64,000 nucleotides of DNA from Epilithonimonas sp. (GTDB lineage: Bacteria > Bacteroidota > Bacteroidia > Flavobacteriales > Weeksellaceae), in assembly GCF_032054105.1 (NCBI RefSeq), contig NZ_DAMBTK010000003.1; one strand, 5' to 3'. The notes below the pieces were generated by a model. It made no database searches. It saw nothing but the letters and a program-made list of their open reading frames with translations, and was not told the DNA's origin. This document shows positions 17,901 through 27,768 of the stretch, piece by piece. Made by a program: the position numbers and the translations under genes. Every line of letters begins with the position of its first letter. Positions within the stretch are counted from its first letter, which is position 1.

Positions 17901-19598
17901 TTATTCAAGTTCCTTTTTCCTCTGCTTAATAAAATCTGTCGGACGGATCCCATTTATTTCCAAAAAGAGATCTGAAAAGTTTTGTCGCGAAGAAATCCCA
18001 CATTCATCTGCCAAACCCTGTACTGAATAGCTCAAAACTTTAGCGTCGTTATACATGAGGTCGGTGACATAGTTGATCCTTAGAGTAGAGATATACTTAT
18101 TGAAATTCACGCCCATCACATCATTGATATATTGGGAGAGATATGTTGTATTAGTTTTAAAATTTTCCGCCAGTTGAGGAAGGGTTATTCCTTTTTCTTT
18201 AAAACTTTTTGAATCTTCAAATTCTTTTAGCTTTTCAGCCAAATCAGTGAAAACATCTTTGCTAATTACGGCTTTACTTTGTTGCGGAATATTTTCGTAA
18301 GAAACTGCTGGTGTAGGTTGGTGAGTTTGTAATCTCTCTTCTAATTCGGAATATTTTTTTCTGATGAGTTTTTCTTTTTGATAAAGCTTCCATGCTATAA
18401 AAATTAATCCAATTATAGCGAGAATTAATAATAATATTGCACCTAAACTCCAATAATTTTGCTTTTCTAATTTACCCTTCGCATCCTCTAAAATTTGAGT
18501 ATCGTAATCTTTATGAATTTTTGCAGAGAGATAAGGGAAGTCCTTGGCTAAAATGCTGTCTGCTTTCAGCAAATTCTTGGTGTAGTGGAGTTCTTGTTTA
18601 TCATTCTTTTTCTCTTTCCAATATTTGATGAGCAGTTCATAATTTTCGCGTAGTTCCGGAACAATAAATTTGTGTTTTTGGAAAATAGAATCAACCTTCT
18701 CAAACTGCTGTATCGCCTGTTCTTGTTTTCCCAATCCTAAATAACTTTTCCCAATATAAAAATCTGCAACTGATGCCCAGGAAAAATCATTGTTTTTTTT
18801 AAGCACTGGTAACGCGCTGGTAAGACTTTGAATTGCATCATCATAATTTTTTTGATGATACTCGAATATCCCTTTGCATTTTGTAAAATAGGCTTGTTCT
18901 AAAGGAAATTCTTTACTTTTATTTGTGAAATTTAGTCCCACTTCTACTAATGAATCCGCCTTTTTGTAATTTCCCAAATTCCTGTAGCAGATGGTGGCTT
19001 GGTGTAAACTGTTGAGGTAGCCTTTGCTATTATTAAAAATGGTGTTAGGATGTAAATCTCCCTTTGTTTTAGGCTCAAAATATTGAATACAATCCTCAAA
19101 ATGCTTCCGTGCTTCAATATAATAACCTAGGTAACTTTTTACCACACCCATGTGATAGATTACTTTGTATTTTTGGTACTCGTCAGTTCCTTTTTTAGAA
19201 TATTCATACGCTTTCACATATTCATCGAGAGCGGGTTCGTAGCGTTTTAGATTGAAGTAATAAATGGTTCCCTTGCCTAAATAAGAGCGACTGATAAGAT
19301 CATTATCATTAGTTTTTAACGAAGCACTGATACAACTGTCAGCAAATTTAAGTTTGTCATTAGGATTTGGCGAGAAATAAAAAGCATCTTCATACCCTTG
19401 TGTTAAAGCTTTATAATTCTTATCGGTTTTCGCTTTATTTATATAGACTTTTACAAATGGCAAGGCGTCTTGATCATTATGTTCATAACTCTCATACTTT
19501 TTTCTTAAATCCTCATAAGTGTTTTGAGCTTTCATTTTGAAGCAAAATGAAAGGAATAAAATAAGAATTGATATAAAATGATGTTTATTGATGAGCAT
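17901..19598 (-). CDS. Membrane-anchored TPR sensor fused to a C-terminal AraC-family HTH domain
   Basis: N-terminal signal/TM segment, TPR-like repeats, an internal TM segment (WSLGAILLLILAIIGLIFIAW), and a C-terminal AraC HTH (TTYLSQYINDVMGVNFNKY...GISSRQNFSDLFLEINGIRPTDF). Confidence 0.8.
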   Translation of the reverse strand: MLINKHHFISILILFLSFCFKMKAQNTYEDLRKKYESYEHNDQDALPFVKVYINKAKTDKNYKALTQGYEDAFYFSPNPNDKLKFADSCISASLKTNDNDLISRSYLGKGTIYYFNLKRYEPALDEYVKAYEYSKKGTDEYQKYKVIYHMGVVKSYLGYYIEARKHFEDCIQYFEPKTKGDLHPNTIFNNSKGYLNSLHQATICYRNLGNYKKADSLVEVGLNFTNKSKEFPLEQAYFTKCKGIFEYHQKNYDDAIQSLTSALPVLKKNNDFSWASVADFYIGKSYLGLGKQEQAIQQFEKVDSIFQKHKFIVPELRENYELLIKYWKEKKNDKQELHYTKNLLKADSILAKDFPYLSAKIHKDYDTQILEDAKGKLEKQNYWSLGAILLLILAIIGLIFIAWKLYQKEKLIRKKYSELEERLQTHQPTPAVSYENIPQQSKAVISKDVFTDLAEKLKEFEDSKSFKEKGITLPQLAENFKTNTTYLSQYINDVMGVNFNKYISTLRINYVTDLMYNDAKVLSYSVQGLADECGISSRQNFSDLFLEINGIRPTDFIKQRKKELE

Positions 19599-19720
19599 TT
19601 TAAAGAAGAATATTAATCTTCATTGCCAAAAATAAACAAATTTGAATAAAAAGTAGAACAAATTATTAAAATACAGTTTTTTTTCAAATCGCTGTATTTC
19701 AGAACTTTAAAAATTATCTC

Positions 19721-19788
19721 TGTCCTAATTTATAAATAATGACGTCTTAAATTTTGAAATTTATAGAAGAGGACTGCATTTACTTGCA
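19721..19788. promoter_or_regulatory. Conserved upstream motif, copy A (long form)
   Basis: TGTCCTAATTTATAAATAATGACGTCTTAAATT...AGGACTGCATTTACTTGCA. Segments are shared with sites at 17838, 25027-25109 and 32642. Confidence 0.45.
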
Positions 19789-19871
19789 AAAATTTTCAAC
19801 ACCAAATAATTTTAGCCACAGAATTCTGAGGAAAATTTTTCCCGGCCGGGATAAACTTAAAAAAATTAATT

Positions 19872-20087
19872 ATGAAAAAGTTTATCTCATTGGTAGCATT
19901 GGCTACATCATTAATTTCAGCAGTAAGTTGTAGAGAAGCAGAACAGATTACAGATCTTAAAGAAAGCCAGAGTTTTAATTTATCTGCAAAAGTAGCACAA
20001 GATTCTGTAGTGATTAATTCATCAACAAATACACCTGCAGAAAATACACCGAAAGACCCTCCGGTAAAAGATGGTCATGATTGGTAA
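19872..20087 (+). CDS. Small lipoprotein
   Basis: Lipobox ISAVSC; 71 aa. Confidence 0.55.
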   Translation: MKKFISLVALATSLISAVSCREAEQITDLKESQSFNLSAKVAQDSVVINSSTNTPAENTPKDPPVKDGHDW

Positions 20088-20128
20088 TTGCTAAATACCA
20101 AAATATTATTAAAATAAATTTATATACA

Positions 20129-20953
20129 ATGAAAAAGTTCGCATTATTTTTCTTGCTGTTTATCCTAATTGTTAATGCACAGACTAACCGATTTTTTTAT
20201 GAATTGCAATCAAGGAAGGATTCAACACAAGAATACAAGAAAAATTATATGGTTTTAGATGTTAACCCAAAATCAATAAAGTTTTATGATAAGGATCTTT
20301 TGGATTACGATTCCATTAACAAAAGTAAAGAGGGAGTGGCAGAATATAGAACAAATACCAAAACTGACCAGCTAATTATTAGAAAACCAAACAGTTTTAA
20401 AAATGACTGGTATAGAGATTTTAAAGAGTATTTTGTTATTCATACAAATGATGAAATGAAATGGAAACTATATCCTGATTCAAAGAATTATAATGTCTAT
20501 AAACTCCAAAAAGCGACTACAAATTTTGGTGGAAGAAAATGGACAGCTTGGTTTTGCAAAGATATTAACATTTCAGAAGGGCCATATAAATTTAGGGGAT
20601 TGCCAGGATTAATTTTTCTTCTAAATGATTCAGAAAATAATTTCATTTACAAATTAGTTAAAAACACAAAATTGAAAGATACCTATGATACGAAACAATT
20701 TTTGGAAAATCACTATGACCAAAAACCGTTGGTTGTCACTAATGAATTTTATAACAAATATTTAATTGATTTTTATGAGAACCCTACAAGGTTAATGGGT
20801 GAAAATATTAAGAGTGGAGGAAATGCTTCACTTAATGGAAAGCCAATTCAATCAATTGAAGAATTAAATAAAATGAAAAGGACGTTACAAAATGTTATTA
20901 GAGATCGCTATTTATACATTGAAAAAGATAAAGAGCCACATTTCGAGAAGTAA
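20129..20953 (+). CDS. GLPGLI-family protein
   Basis: Signal peptide MKKFALFFLLFILIVNAQ and the eponymous FRGLPGLIF motif. Start moved to the ATG at 20129. Confidence 0.8.
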   Translation: MKKFALFFLLFILIVNAQTNRFFYELQSRKDSTQEYKKNYMVLDVNPKSIKFYDKDLLDYDSINKSKEGVAEYRTNTKTDQLIIRKPNSFKNDWYRDFKEYFVIHTNDEMKWKLYPDSKNYNVYKLQKATTNFGGRKWTAWFCKDINISEGPYKFRGLPGLIFLLNDSENNFIYKLVKNTKLKDTYDTKQFLENHYDQKPLVVTNEFYNKYLIDFYENPTRLMGENIKSGGNASLNGKPIQSIEELNKMKRTLQNVIRDRYLYIEKDKEPHFEK

Positions 20954-21077
20954 TACAAATTTTGAGTTTAACTCATTCAAAATTTAGTTTTAAAAAATAA
21001 GAGGAATTTTCAAAGGCCACGAAAAATCTGTCTTACGTGTAATTCGTTTAATATTCATTAATCAAAAATCATTTACA

Positions 21078-21272
21078 ATGTTAAAAAAAAGATTAAAGAA
21101 AATCGCTAAGAAAAGCGACAACAAGAAAGAGATTGAGATCATAAAAGATGGAAATCTTTCTTCCGTAAAAGGAGGTATGGCAGAAGCACAAGTGTGTAGT
21201 TTACTGTACGACTGCAGTTTCAATTTTTCTGATTGTCCTCATCTACACAGTTGCGGGGCAAATTTTGCTTAA
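21078..21272 (+). CDS. RiPP precursor peptide with a double-glycine leader (GG-Bacteroidales-type) and a four-Cys core
   Basis: Lys-rich leader ending ...LSSVKGG. Predicted core MAEAQVCSLLYDCSFNFSDCPHLHSCGANFA (21177-21269). It sits immediately upstream of the rSAM maturase. Confidence 0.75.
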   Translation: MLKKRLKKIAKKSDNKKEIEIIKDGNLSSVKGGMAEAQVCSLLYDCSFNFSDCPHLHSCGANFA

Positions 21273-21280
21273 ACCAATTG

Positions 21281-21311
21281 CAGGCAAAATTTTCATTTTG
21301 CCTGTTTTTTT
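21281..21311 (+). terminator. Hairpin plus T-run between precursor and maturase (attenuating terminator)
   Basis: CAGGCAAAA-ttttca-TTTTGCCTG followed by ttttttt. Confidence 0.65.
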
Positions 21312-21322
21312 AAATTATTATT

Positions 21323-22678
21323 ATGAAATTATCAAAATACCACTTAACAACAGATTTATTGGATGATTATGATTTTCCAAATAAACAAATTCTTTTCTCT
21401 ACACGCACTGGAACATCATTAATGATTGATTCAGAAATTTATCAAAATTTAAAGACCGATAATTTCAACGCAATCAAAAATGACATGGTTGATCTACTTA
21501 AAAAGAATTTAATAATAGTAGATTCTGAGGAAGATGAGTTCTTAATTGTGACTTCAGAAAATGATAAATCTAGAGAAGAGGTAGATGTATTGTCATTCAC
21601 CATCCAACCTTCTGCAAATTGCCAGTTAGGATGCTATTATTGTGCACAAAATCATTCAAAAGATTATGCATCAGACGATATTATTGAGAAATATGTGAAG
21701 AGAATCTTACATTTTTTAGATTCAGGTAAAACTTATCGTGGACTCAATATTATTTGGTATGGTGGAGAACCTTTAACAGGATTAAGTTCAATCAAAAAAA
21801 CTACCAAAAAGTTACTTGAAATATGTAATGAGAGAGGTCTTCATTATAACGCATCAATGGTAACTAATGGCTTAAGTTTGAAAAAAGACATTTTCCAAGA
21901 TTTAGTGACAAATTATAAAATTCGAGATTTTCAAATAACATTAGATGGCTTAGCAGAATCGCATGATCAACGAAGATATACTAAAAGTGGTGAATCAACC
22001 TTTGATATTATTTTCAAGAATATTATCGACTGTACTAGAACTCAAGCTTATCAAAATAAACAAGGCGGTATTTCGATAAGAATAAATATTGATAAAACTA
22101 ACCATCAGTTTGTTAATCCACTACTGGAATATCTTGTTGAAAAAGAAATCAACAATTATGTTGCTGTAAGCTTTGCCCCTATTGTAGACTGGGGTGGTAA
22201 TGATGCAGGTAAAGATTCATTAACCAATGAACAATTTGCCGAGAAAGAAATCGAGTGGTTACTGTACTGCTTTGATAATAAAATAAAATTATCTAATCTT
22301 CTACCAACAAGAAAATATTATGCATGTATGGTGGAAAGAAATGATTCAGAGGTATTTGATGCTTTTGGCAATATATATACTTGTTGGGAATTTCCGTATA
22401 CAGATACATACGGACAAGATAAACATAAGATAGGGAATCTCAACAATGACTATGATACATATGACGAAAATGCCACATTAAGAAATTGGTCGGATGAAAT
22501 AAAAGCAGGAAAAACATGGTGTAAAACATGTTCACATTTGCCTGTTTGTGCTGGTTCTTGCCCTAAGTCATGGTACGAAGGTAAACCTGCATGCCCCGAA
22601 TTTAAATTTAACTATAAAGAAAAACTAATTTTAGATTACTATATCAGAAAAGAAAAAGAAATTCTTGCTGATGCTTAA
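21323..22678 (+). CDS. Radical SAM / SPASM-domain peptide maturase
   Basis: CxxxCxxC cluster (ANCQLGCYYCAQ), GGEPL, and a C-terminal SPASM Cys cluster (WCKTCSHLPVCAGSCP). Confidence 0.88.
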   Translation: MKLSKYHLTTDLLDDYDFPNKQILFSTRTGTSLMIDSEIYQNLKTDNFNAIKNDMVDLLKKNLIIVDSEEDEFLIVTSENDKSREEVDVLSFTIQPSANCQLGCYYCAQNHSKDYASDDIIEKYVKRILHFLDSGKTYRGLNIIWYGGEPLTGLSSIKKTTKKLLEICNERGLHYNASMVTNGLSLKKDIFQDLVTNYKIRDFQITLDGLAESHDQRRYTKSGESTFDIIFKNIIDCTRTQAYQNKQGGISIRINIDKTNHQFVNPLLEYLVEKEINNYVAVSFAPIVDWGGNDAGKDSLTNEQFAEKEIEWLLYCFDNKIKLSNLLPTRKYYACMVERNDSEVFDAFGNIYTCWEFPYTDTYGQDKHKIGNLNNDYDTYDENATLRNWSDEIKAGKTWCKTCSHLPVCAGSCPKSWYEGKPACPEFKFNYKEKLILDYYIRKEKEILADA

Positions 22679-24875
22679 GTTTTTTTCTCAATATGATTTA
22701 ATGGATTGTGGACCAGCTTGTCTTGCTATGGTTGCATCTTATTATGGCAAAAATTATGGATTGAGATATCTTCGGGAAAGATGCTTCTTAACAAGGGATG
22801 GAGTTTCGCTATTAGGAATAATTGAAGCATCAAAAAAAATAGGATTTAGTGTTGTTCCTGGGAAACTTCAAGTCAATGATATTGATTCAAAGGATCTACC
22901 CTGTATACTACATTGGAATAAAAATCATTTCGTAGTCCTTCACAAAATTTCTAGAAATTTTCTTACAAAAAAACTGACATATAAAATTGCAGATCCAGGA
23001 CATGGCTTTGTTTCCCTAGACAATGAAAAATTTAAAAAATCTTGGCTTTCTGATGGTAAAAAAGGTATTGCACTTTTTTTAGAACCAACAGATGAATTTT
23101 ATAAACAAACTCCACCAACAGAAGAAAAAATATCTGCAAAATATTTGTTAAAATATCTTCGCCCACACCAATCGCAGATGGGCTGGATGCTTTTTCTGCT
23201 TACTTTAGGAACACTCTCGACATTAGTTTTTCCTATTCTTACCCAAAAATTAATAGATGAGGGTGTAAGCAAGAAAAACCTGTCAGTAATTACATTGATT
23301 TTATTGGCTCAGCTCGCATTCTTCTTTGGAAATATTGTAATTAATATTTTTCGGAACTGGATTATGCTTGTCGTTGGTACAAAAATTAATATTCAAATTA
23401 TCTCAGACTTTCTTAAAAAGCTTTTGAAACTTCCCATTAAATTTTTTGATACTAAATTGATGGGTGACTTTAATCAACGCATCCAAGACCATGAAAGGAT
23501 AGAAAGTTTTCTCACTTCACAAAGTTTATTAACGCTCTTTTCAATTATAACTTTTACTGCTTTTTTTGGAGTGCTTTGGTATTACGATTTTAGAATTTTA
23601 GCAGTTTATATTATATTAACCATAATATCAGTTTTATGGTCTTTATACTGGATGAGAAAAAGAAAAATTCTAGATTATTTCAGATTCCAGCAAAGAAGCG
23701 AAAACCAAGAGTCTATTTACGAGATTATCAATGGTGTCTCTGAAATGAAGCTCAACCAATTTGAAGATTTTAAACGTAAAGAATGGGAAAATATCCAGCA
23801 AAAACTTTTTAAAATCAATATTCGCATTCTTAAGTTAGATCAAGTTCAACTTTCAGGATTTGAATTTATAAATCAGCTTAAAAACATTCTCGTAACTTTT
23901 CTCTCGGCTTATTTCGTAATAAAAGGACATATGACTCTAGGAGCACTTCTAAGTGTGTCCTACATTATTGGCCAAATGAATTCTCCAGTGAGCCAACTCA
24001 TCAATTTTTTCCGATCATTACAAGATGCAAAATTGAGTTTAGCAAGGCTAAACGAAGTGCAAAACAACCCTGAAGAAGAGCTGGAAAACCAAGTGCCGTT
24101 ACTTAGCAAAAAATATACAGAACAAAATGGCATAGAAAAAGGAATTTATTTCAAAAACGTTTCATTTCAATATGAAGGACCACAATCTCCGTATGTTCTA
24201 AAAGAGATCAATTTGTTTATTCCGGACGGAAAAATTACTGCTATAGTAGGAGCTAGTGGAAGCGGTAAAACCACTTTAATGAAAATGCTCTTAAAATTCT
24301 ATGAGCCAATAAAGGGTGAAATAAAATTTAATCATCTTAATCTAAGTGAAATTTCACCAACAGATCTGAGAAAAAATTGTGGTGTAGTAATGCAGGACGG
24401 TTTTATTTTTTCTGATACGATCGAGCGAAATATTGCAACAAGTGATGAAAATATTGATTATGAAAAACTAAATAAAGCTTTAGAAACGGCCAATATTAAA
24501 TCTTTTGTAGAAGAGCTTCCATTGGGATTAAAGACTAAAATTGGTGCTTCTGGTAACGGAATTTCCGGTGGACAGAAGCAAAGAATTCTTATTGCTAGAG
24601 CGGTTTATAAAAATCCACACTTCATTTTATTTGACGAAGCTACTTCTGCTTTGGATGCTGAAAATGAAAAAATAATTCACGATAATCTGCAATCTTTTTT
24701 TAGAGGAAAAACAGTAATAATTGTTGCCCACAGACTTTCAACAGTAAAAAACGCAGATCAAATTATTGTGCTTAAGAATGGTGAAATTGTGGATCAAGGA
24801 AATCACCAAGAACTGGTAAGCAAAAAGACGGATTATTTTAATCTTGTTAAAAATCAATTGGAACTAGGAAATTAA
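22671..24875 (+). CDS. Peptidase-C39-domain bacteriocin ABC transporter (leader-cleaving exporter)
   Basis: N-terminal C39 motif QYDLMDCGPACLAMVASYYG, six TM segments, Walker A GASGSGKTT, signature ISGGQKQR and Walker B ILFDEATSALD. The ATG at 22671 overlaps the rSAM stop. Confidence 0.92.
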   Translation: MLKFFSQYDLMDCGPACLAMVASYYGKNYGLRYLRERCFLTRDGVSLLGIIEASKKIGFSVVPGKLQVNDIDSKDLPCILHWNKNHFVVLHKISRNFLTKKLTYKIADPGHGFVSLDNEKFKKSWLSDGKKGIALFLEPTDEFYKQTPPTEEKISAKYLLKYLRPHQSQMGWMLFLLTLGTLSTLVFPILTQKLIDEGVSKKNLSVITLILLAQLAFFFGNIVINIFRNWIMLVVGTKINIQIISDFLKKLLKLPIKFFDTKLMGDFNQRIQDHERIESFLTSQSLLTLFSIITFTAFFGVLWYYDFRILAVYIILTIISVLWSLYWMRKRKILDYFRFQQRSENQESIYEIINGVSEMKLNQFEDFKRKEWENIQQKLFKINIRILKLDQVQLSGFEFINQLKNILVTFLSAYFVIKGHMTLGALLSVSYIIGQMNSPVSQLINFFRSLQDAKLSLARLNEVQNNPEEELENQVPLLSKKYTEQNGIEKGIYFKNVSFQYEGPQSPYVLKEINLFIPDGKITAIVGASGSGKTTLMKMLLKFYEPIKGEIKFNHLNLSEISPTDLRKNCGVVMQDGFIFSDTIERNIATSDENIDYEKLNKALETANIKSFVEELPLGLKTKIGASGNGISGGQKQRILIARAVYKNPHFILFDEATSALDAENEKIIHDNLQSFFRGKTVIIVAHRLSTVKNADQIIVLKNGEIVDQGNHQELVSKKTDYFNLVKNQLELGN

Positions 24876-25026
24876 AATTTTATAAATAAGATTTATGATA
24901 TTTTCATACAGATACCAATAAGGAAAAAATATAAAGAAAGTTACATACCGGTAAAACTAAAAATATATCAGAGAAATTAATTTATCTGTTCTTCTCTTGT
25001 TATCAACAACATTATCCTAAAAAGCT

Positions 25027-25109
25027 ATTTATAAATTGATTCGTCAATATTTTAAAATTTTGACGTCTTAAATTCTAAATTTTATAATTAAGGACTACCT
25101 TTTCTTGCA
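25027..25109. promoter_or_regulatory. Conserved upstream motif, copy B
   Basis: TTTATAAATTGATTCGTCA...TGACGTCTTAAATT (14/14 identical to 19740-19753)...AAGGACTACCTTTTCTTGCA (compare 19769-19788). Confidence 0.45.
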
Positions 25110-25204
25110 CTATTTTCCGCAAGCCAATACATTTGGCTAATGATTTCTAATGCAAAAATTTAAACAACGCTCTTTGTGAAATTATATTAACCTAAATTAA
25201 TAAG

Positions 25205-27370
25205 ATGCTGAAAAGAACTGTATTATTTTTCATTTTATTCTTTCCTCTAATTTTTTTTGCTCAACTAAGTAAACAGGACTCTTTAAAAAGAGTCGCAGAA
25301 AAACAAATAGAGGGAATAACCATAAAAGGAAGAAAGCCAACGTTGGCAACCTTACCTGATAGATTTGTTTACAATTTGGAAAACTCTAGTCTAGTAATTG
25401 GCAACAATGCGTGGAATGTTTTGCAACAAACACCACTCCTTATGGTTGATGAAAATAGTGGAATAAGCGTAATGGGTTTTCAAAATGCTTCGGTGTATAT
25501 TAATGGAAGAAAGTCAATTTTAGTTGGCAAAGATTTGTATGGGTACTTGAAAAATATGCCTGCTGATAATTTGGTGAAAATAGATATAATTACAACTCCT
25601 TCATCGAAATACGATGCTAATGATGGTGCGGTAATCAACTTAATTCTTAAAAAATTAGAGAATGATGGTTACAAAGGCAGTCTTTCTTTTACTGATACAC
25701 AAACAAGAAAAAATAGTCAAGATATTACCTCATACCTAAATTATCATAACAATAGATTTAGTCTAAGTTCAAGTTTTGACGTAGGTGTTGATAGAAGAAA
25801 GTCTTATGAATATAACATTAATAAAATATATGATACCTCAAATGAACTTTACATTGATACACAAAGAGAATATAAGGAGTTTTATATCAGTACTAATAAC
25901 TCTTATGAATATGAAATAAATCCCAAAACAACAATTGGGGGCGTTTTAGAACTAAATTATTCGAATCCTCGAACATTATATTTGAGCAAAAATTACTCCG
26001 AAAATTCACAATCGTATTTTACAAATCAGGATGATAATAATAGAAATTTACTGTTTTCCAACAATATTTTTTATCGGTTTCAAAATAATAAATCCAACCA
26101 ACAAAATTTAGAAATAAATTTCGATTGGATTTATAGAAGGAGCAGAGGAGATGGTGTTTACAATTCATTTCAAAATAGTTTAATAAATGCAAATAATTCT
26201 TTTTTAAATGAGGAAAGACGAAATTATTCTATTAAAATTGATTATTCTCAAGCATTAGGAAATACTGGCTATTTTTTAGAAGCAGGCTTGAAAAATAATT
26301 TTTTGAACCAAAGTAGTCCATATTATGTTTATTCATGGGATGGCAGTGAGTTTGTCTCGAACCAGAATCTAACAAATATTTTTAAATATCGAGAGAATAT
26401 TTTGGGAATTTACGCAAATATTAATAAGACTTTTTTCAAAAAGCTCAGTATAAAGGGGGGATTAAGAAGTGAATTTACGGATATTAACGGAGTAGAGAAA
26501 TTAAGTAATAAAGAAAATAATAGAAATTACATTGACTACATGCCAACAATAATCTCCAGTTACAAGATAAATGACAGAAATACAATTTCTCTTGGTTATA
26601 GGAAATCAATTATTCGACCTTATGCAAATGAGCTTAACCCCTTTATTTATTATATAAATGATAATTACCTACGAAAAGGAAACCCTTATTTGGAAGTTTA
26701 TAAACAAGACACTTATAGACTAAATTACACTTTTAACAAGAACTACAACTTAATAATTGCTTATAGAGTTAATAGTGATGTGATGCGTTCCACATTTTAT
26801 TATGAAAATAATCAATTGATTGTACAAACCATTAATTATCAAGGAAATAATTATCAAATAATTTTAGGTCTAAATATCAACAAATCTTTATTTAGTGACC
26901 GATTGGGAGTGAATTTTAACCCGACTTTTACAATTAATAATAATTCTGAAATAAATAGTAAAAACAGTCTTAATATTCCAAATTCAACATTTACCAATTT
27001 TGACTTAAAGCTATCTTATAAAAATATTTTTAATTCGGGAATAAATTCAGAAGCATACTTTTCATTTTACTACAACTACTCTTTCCTCAATTATAAGCTT
27101 GTTGAACCATCAAACAGATTTACATTCAGTTTATCAAAGAATTTTGAAAAGCAGGGAATCAAGATTAGATTAGAAACAATTGATCCTTTTAATTTTTTAA
27201 CATGGAAGACATTGTATTATTCAGGCATAGGAGAGATGTACAAGGATAATAGAAGAGATATAAGAAGTATAACCTTATCTATTTCAAAATCCTTTGGAAA
27301 TACAAAAACTAAAGAGATTAAAAATAGGCAAATAGATAGAGGAAGAACAAATTCTGGTGATAACACTTAA
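25205..27370 (+). CDS. Outer-membrane beta-barrel protein (TonB-dependent-receptor-like)
   Basis: Signal peptide, a plug-like region (IEGITIKGRKP...NAWNVLQQTPLL...ASVYINGRK), then ~600 aa of alternating Y/N/S-rich beta-strand sequence. Confidence 0.75.
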   Translation: MLKRTVLFFILFFPLIFFAQLSKQDSLKRVAEKQIEGITIKGRKPTLATLPDRFVYNLENSSLVIGNNAWNVLQQTPLLMVDENSGISVMGFQNASVYINGRKSILVGKDLYGYLKNMPADNLVKIDIITTPSSKYDANDGAVINLILKKLENDGYKGSLSFTDTQTRKNSQDITSYLNYHNNRFSLSSSFDVGVDRRKSYEYNINKIYDTSNELYIDTQREYKEFYISTNNSYEYEINPKTTIGGVLELNYSNPRTLYLSKNYSENSQSYFTNQDDNNRNLLFSNNIFYRFQNNKSNQQNLEINFDWIYRRSRGDGVYNSFQNSLINANNSFLNEERRNYSIKIDYSQALGNTGYFLEAGLKNNFLNQSSPYYVYSWDGSEFVSNQNLTNIFKYRENILGIYANINKTFFKKLSIKGGLRSEFTDINGVEKLSNKENNRNYIDYMPTIISSYKINDRNTISLGYRKSIIRPYANELNPFIYYINDNYLRKGNPYLEVYKQDTYRLNYTFNKNYNLIIAYRVNSDVMRSTFYYENNQLIVQTINYQGNNYQIILGLNINKSLFSDRLGVNFNPTFTINNNSEINSKNSLNIPNSTFTNFDLKLSYKNIFNSGINSEAYFSFYYNYSFLNYKLVEPSNRFTFSLSKNFEKQGIKIRLETIDPFNFLTWKTLYYSGIGEMYKDNRRDIRSITLSISKSFGNTKTKEIKNRQIDRGRTNSGDNT

Positions 27371-27454
27371 TAGCAATTATATTTCATTAAAATATAAAAA
27401 TGCGGAAACCGAAAAGCATGCAATGAGTAGGTATAACAGCAAAAACTTAAAACA

Positions 27455-27598
27455 ATGAAAAAGTTAAGTTTAGATGCTTTCAAAAAGAAGGCTAAATCTA
27501 CAGAAGTAACTACTTTGCTAACTCAAGTTGTAGGAGGTAAAGGTGTTGCACAAGATTGTCATCCTGGTGATACATCTTGTCCAGCTACTTCTTTGTAG
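27455..27598 (+). CDS. Second GG-leader RiPP precursor (47 aa; not in the supplied ORF track)
   Basis: Hand translation: MKKLSLDAFKKKAKSTEVTTLLTQVVGG|KGVAQDCHPGDTSCPATSL*. The leader style matches the 21078 peptide. The 19-aa core (27539-27595) has two Cys. Confidence 0.65.
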   Translation: MKKLSLDAFKKKAKSTEVTTLLTQVVGGKGVAQDCHPGDTSCPATSL

Positions 27599-27607
27599 GA
27601 CTGATCT

Positions 27608-27640
27608 GAGAGAGAATTTGTTTCTCTCTCTTATTGTTCA
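27608..27640 (+). terminator. Hairpin after the second precursor
   Basis: GAGAGAGAA-tttgt-TTCTCTCTC followed by a T-rich tail. Confidence 0.5.
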
Positions 27641-27768
27641 ACCTTCATTAAAATAGATTTTAAAGGGGCTTAAATGCGATGTTTCATCTCTGTCATTGTG
27701 GAAAGTTTTTATCTCAATAAAACTAAAAACAATTATAAGTCAGTAGTCTATCAATAAATAAATGTAAA

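Noticed and set aside
27674-27748. 24-aa ORF (MRCFISVIVESFYLNKTKNNYKSV) between the second precursor and the HQxxH gene.
   Set aside because: It has no leader or GG motif and a hydrophobic, random-looking composition.
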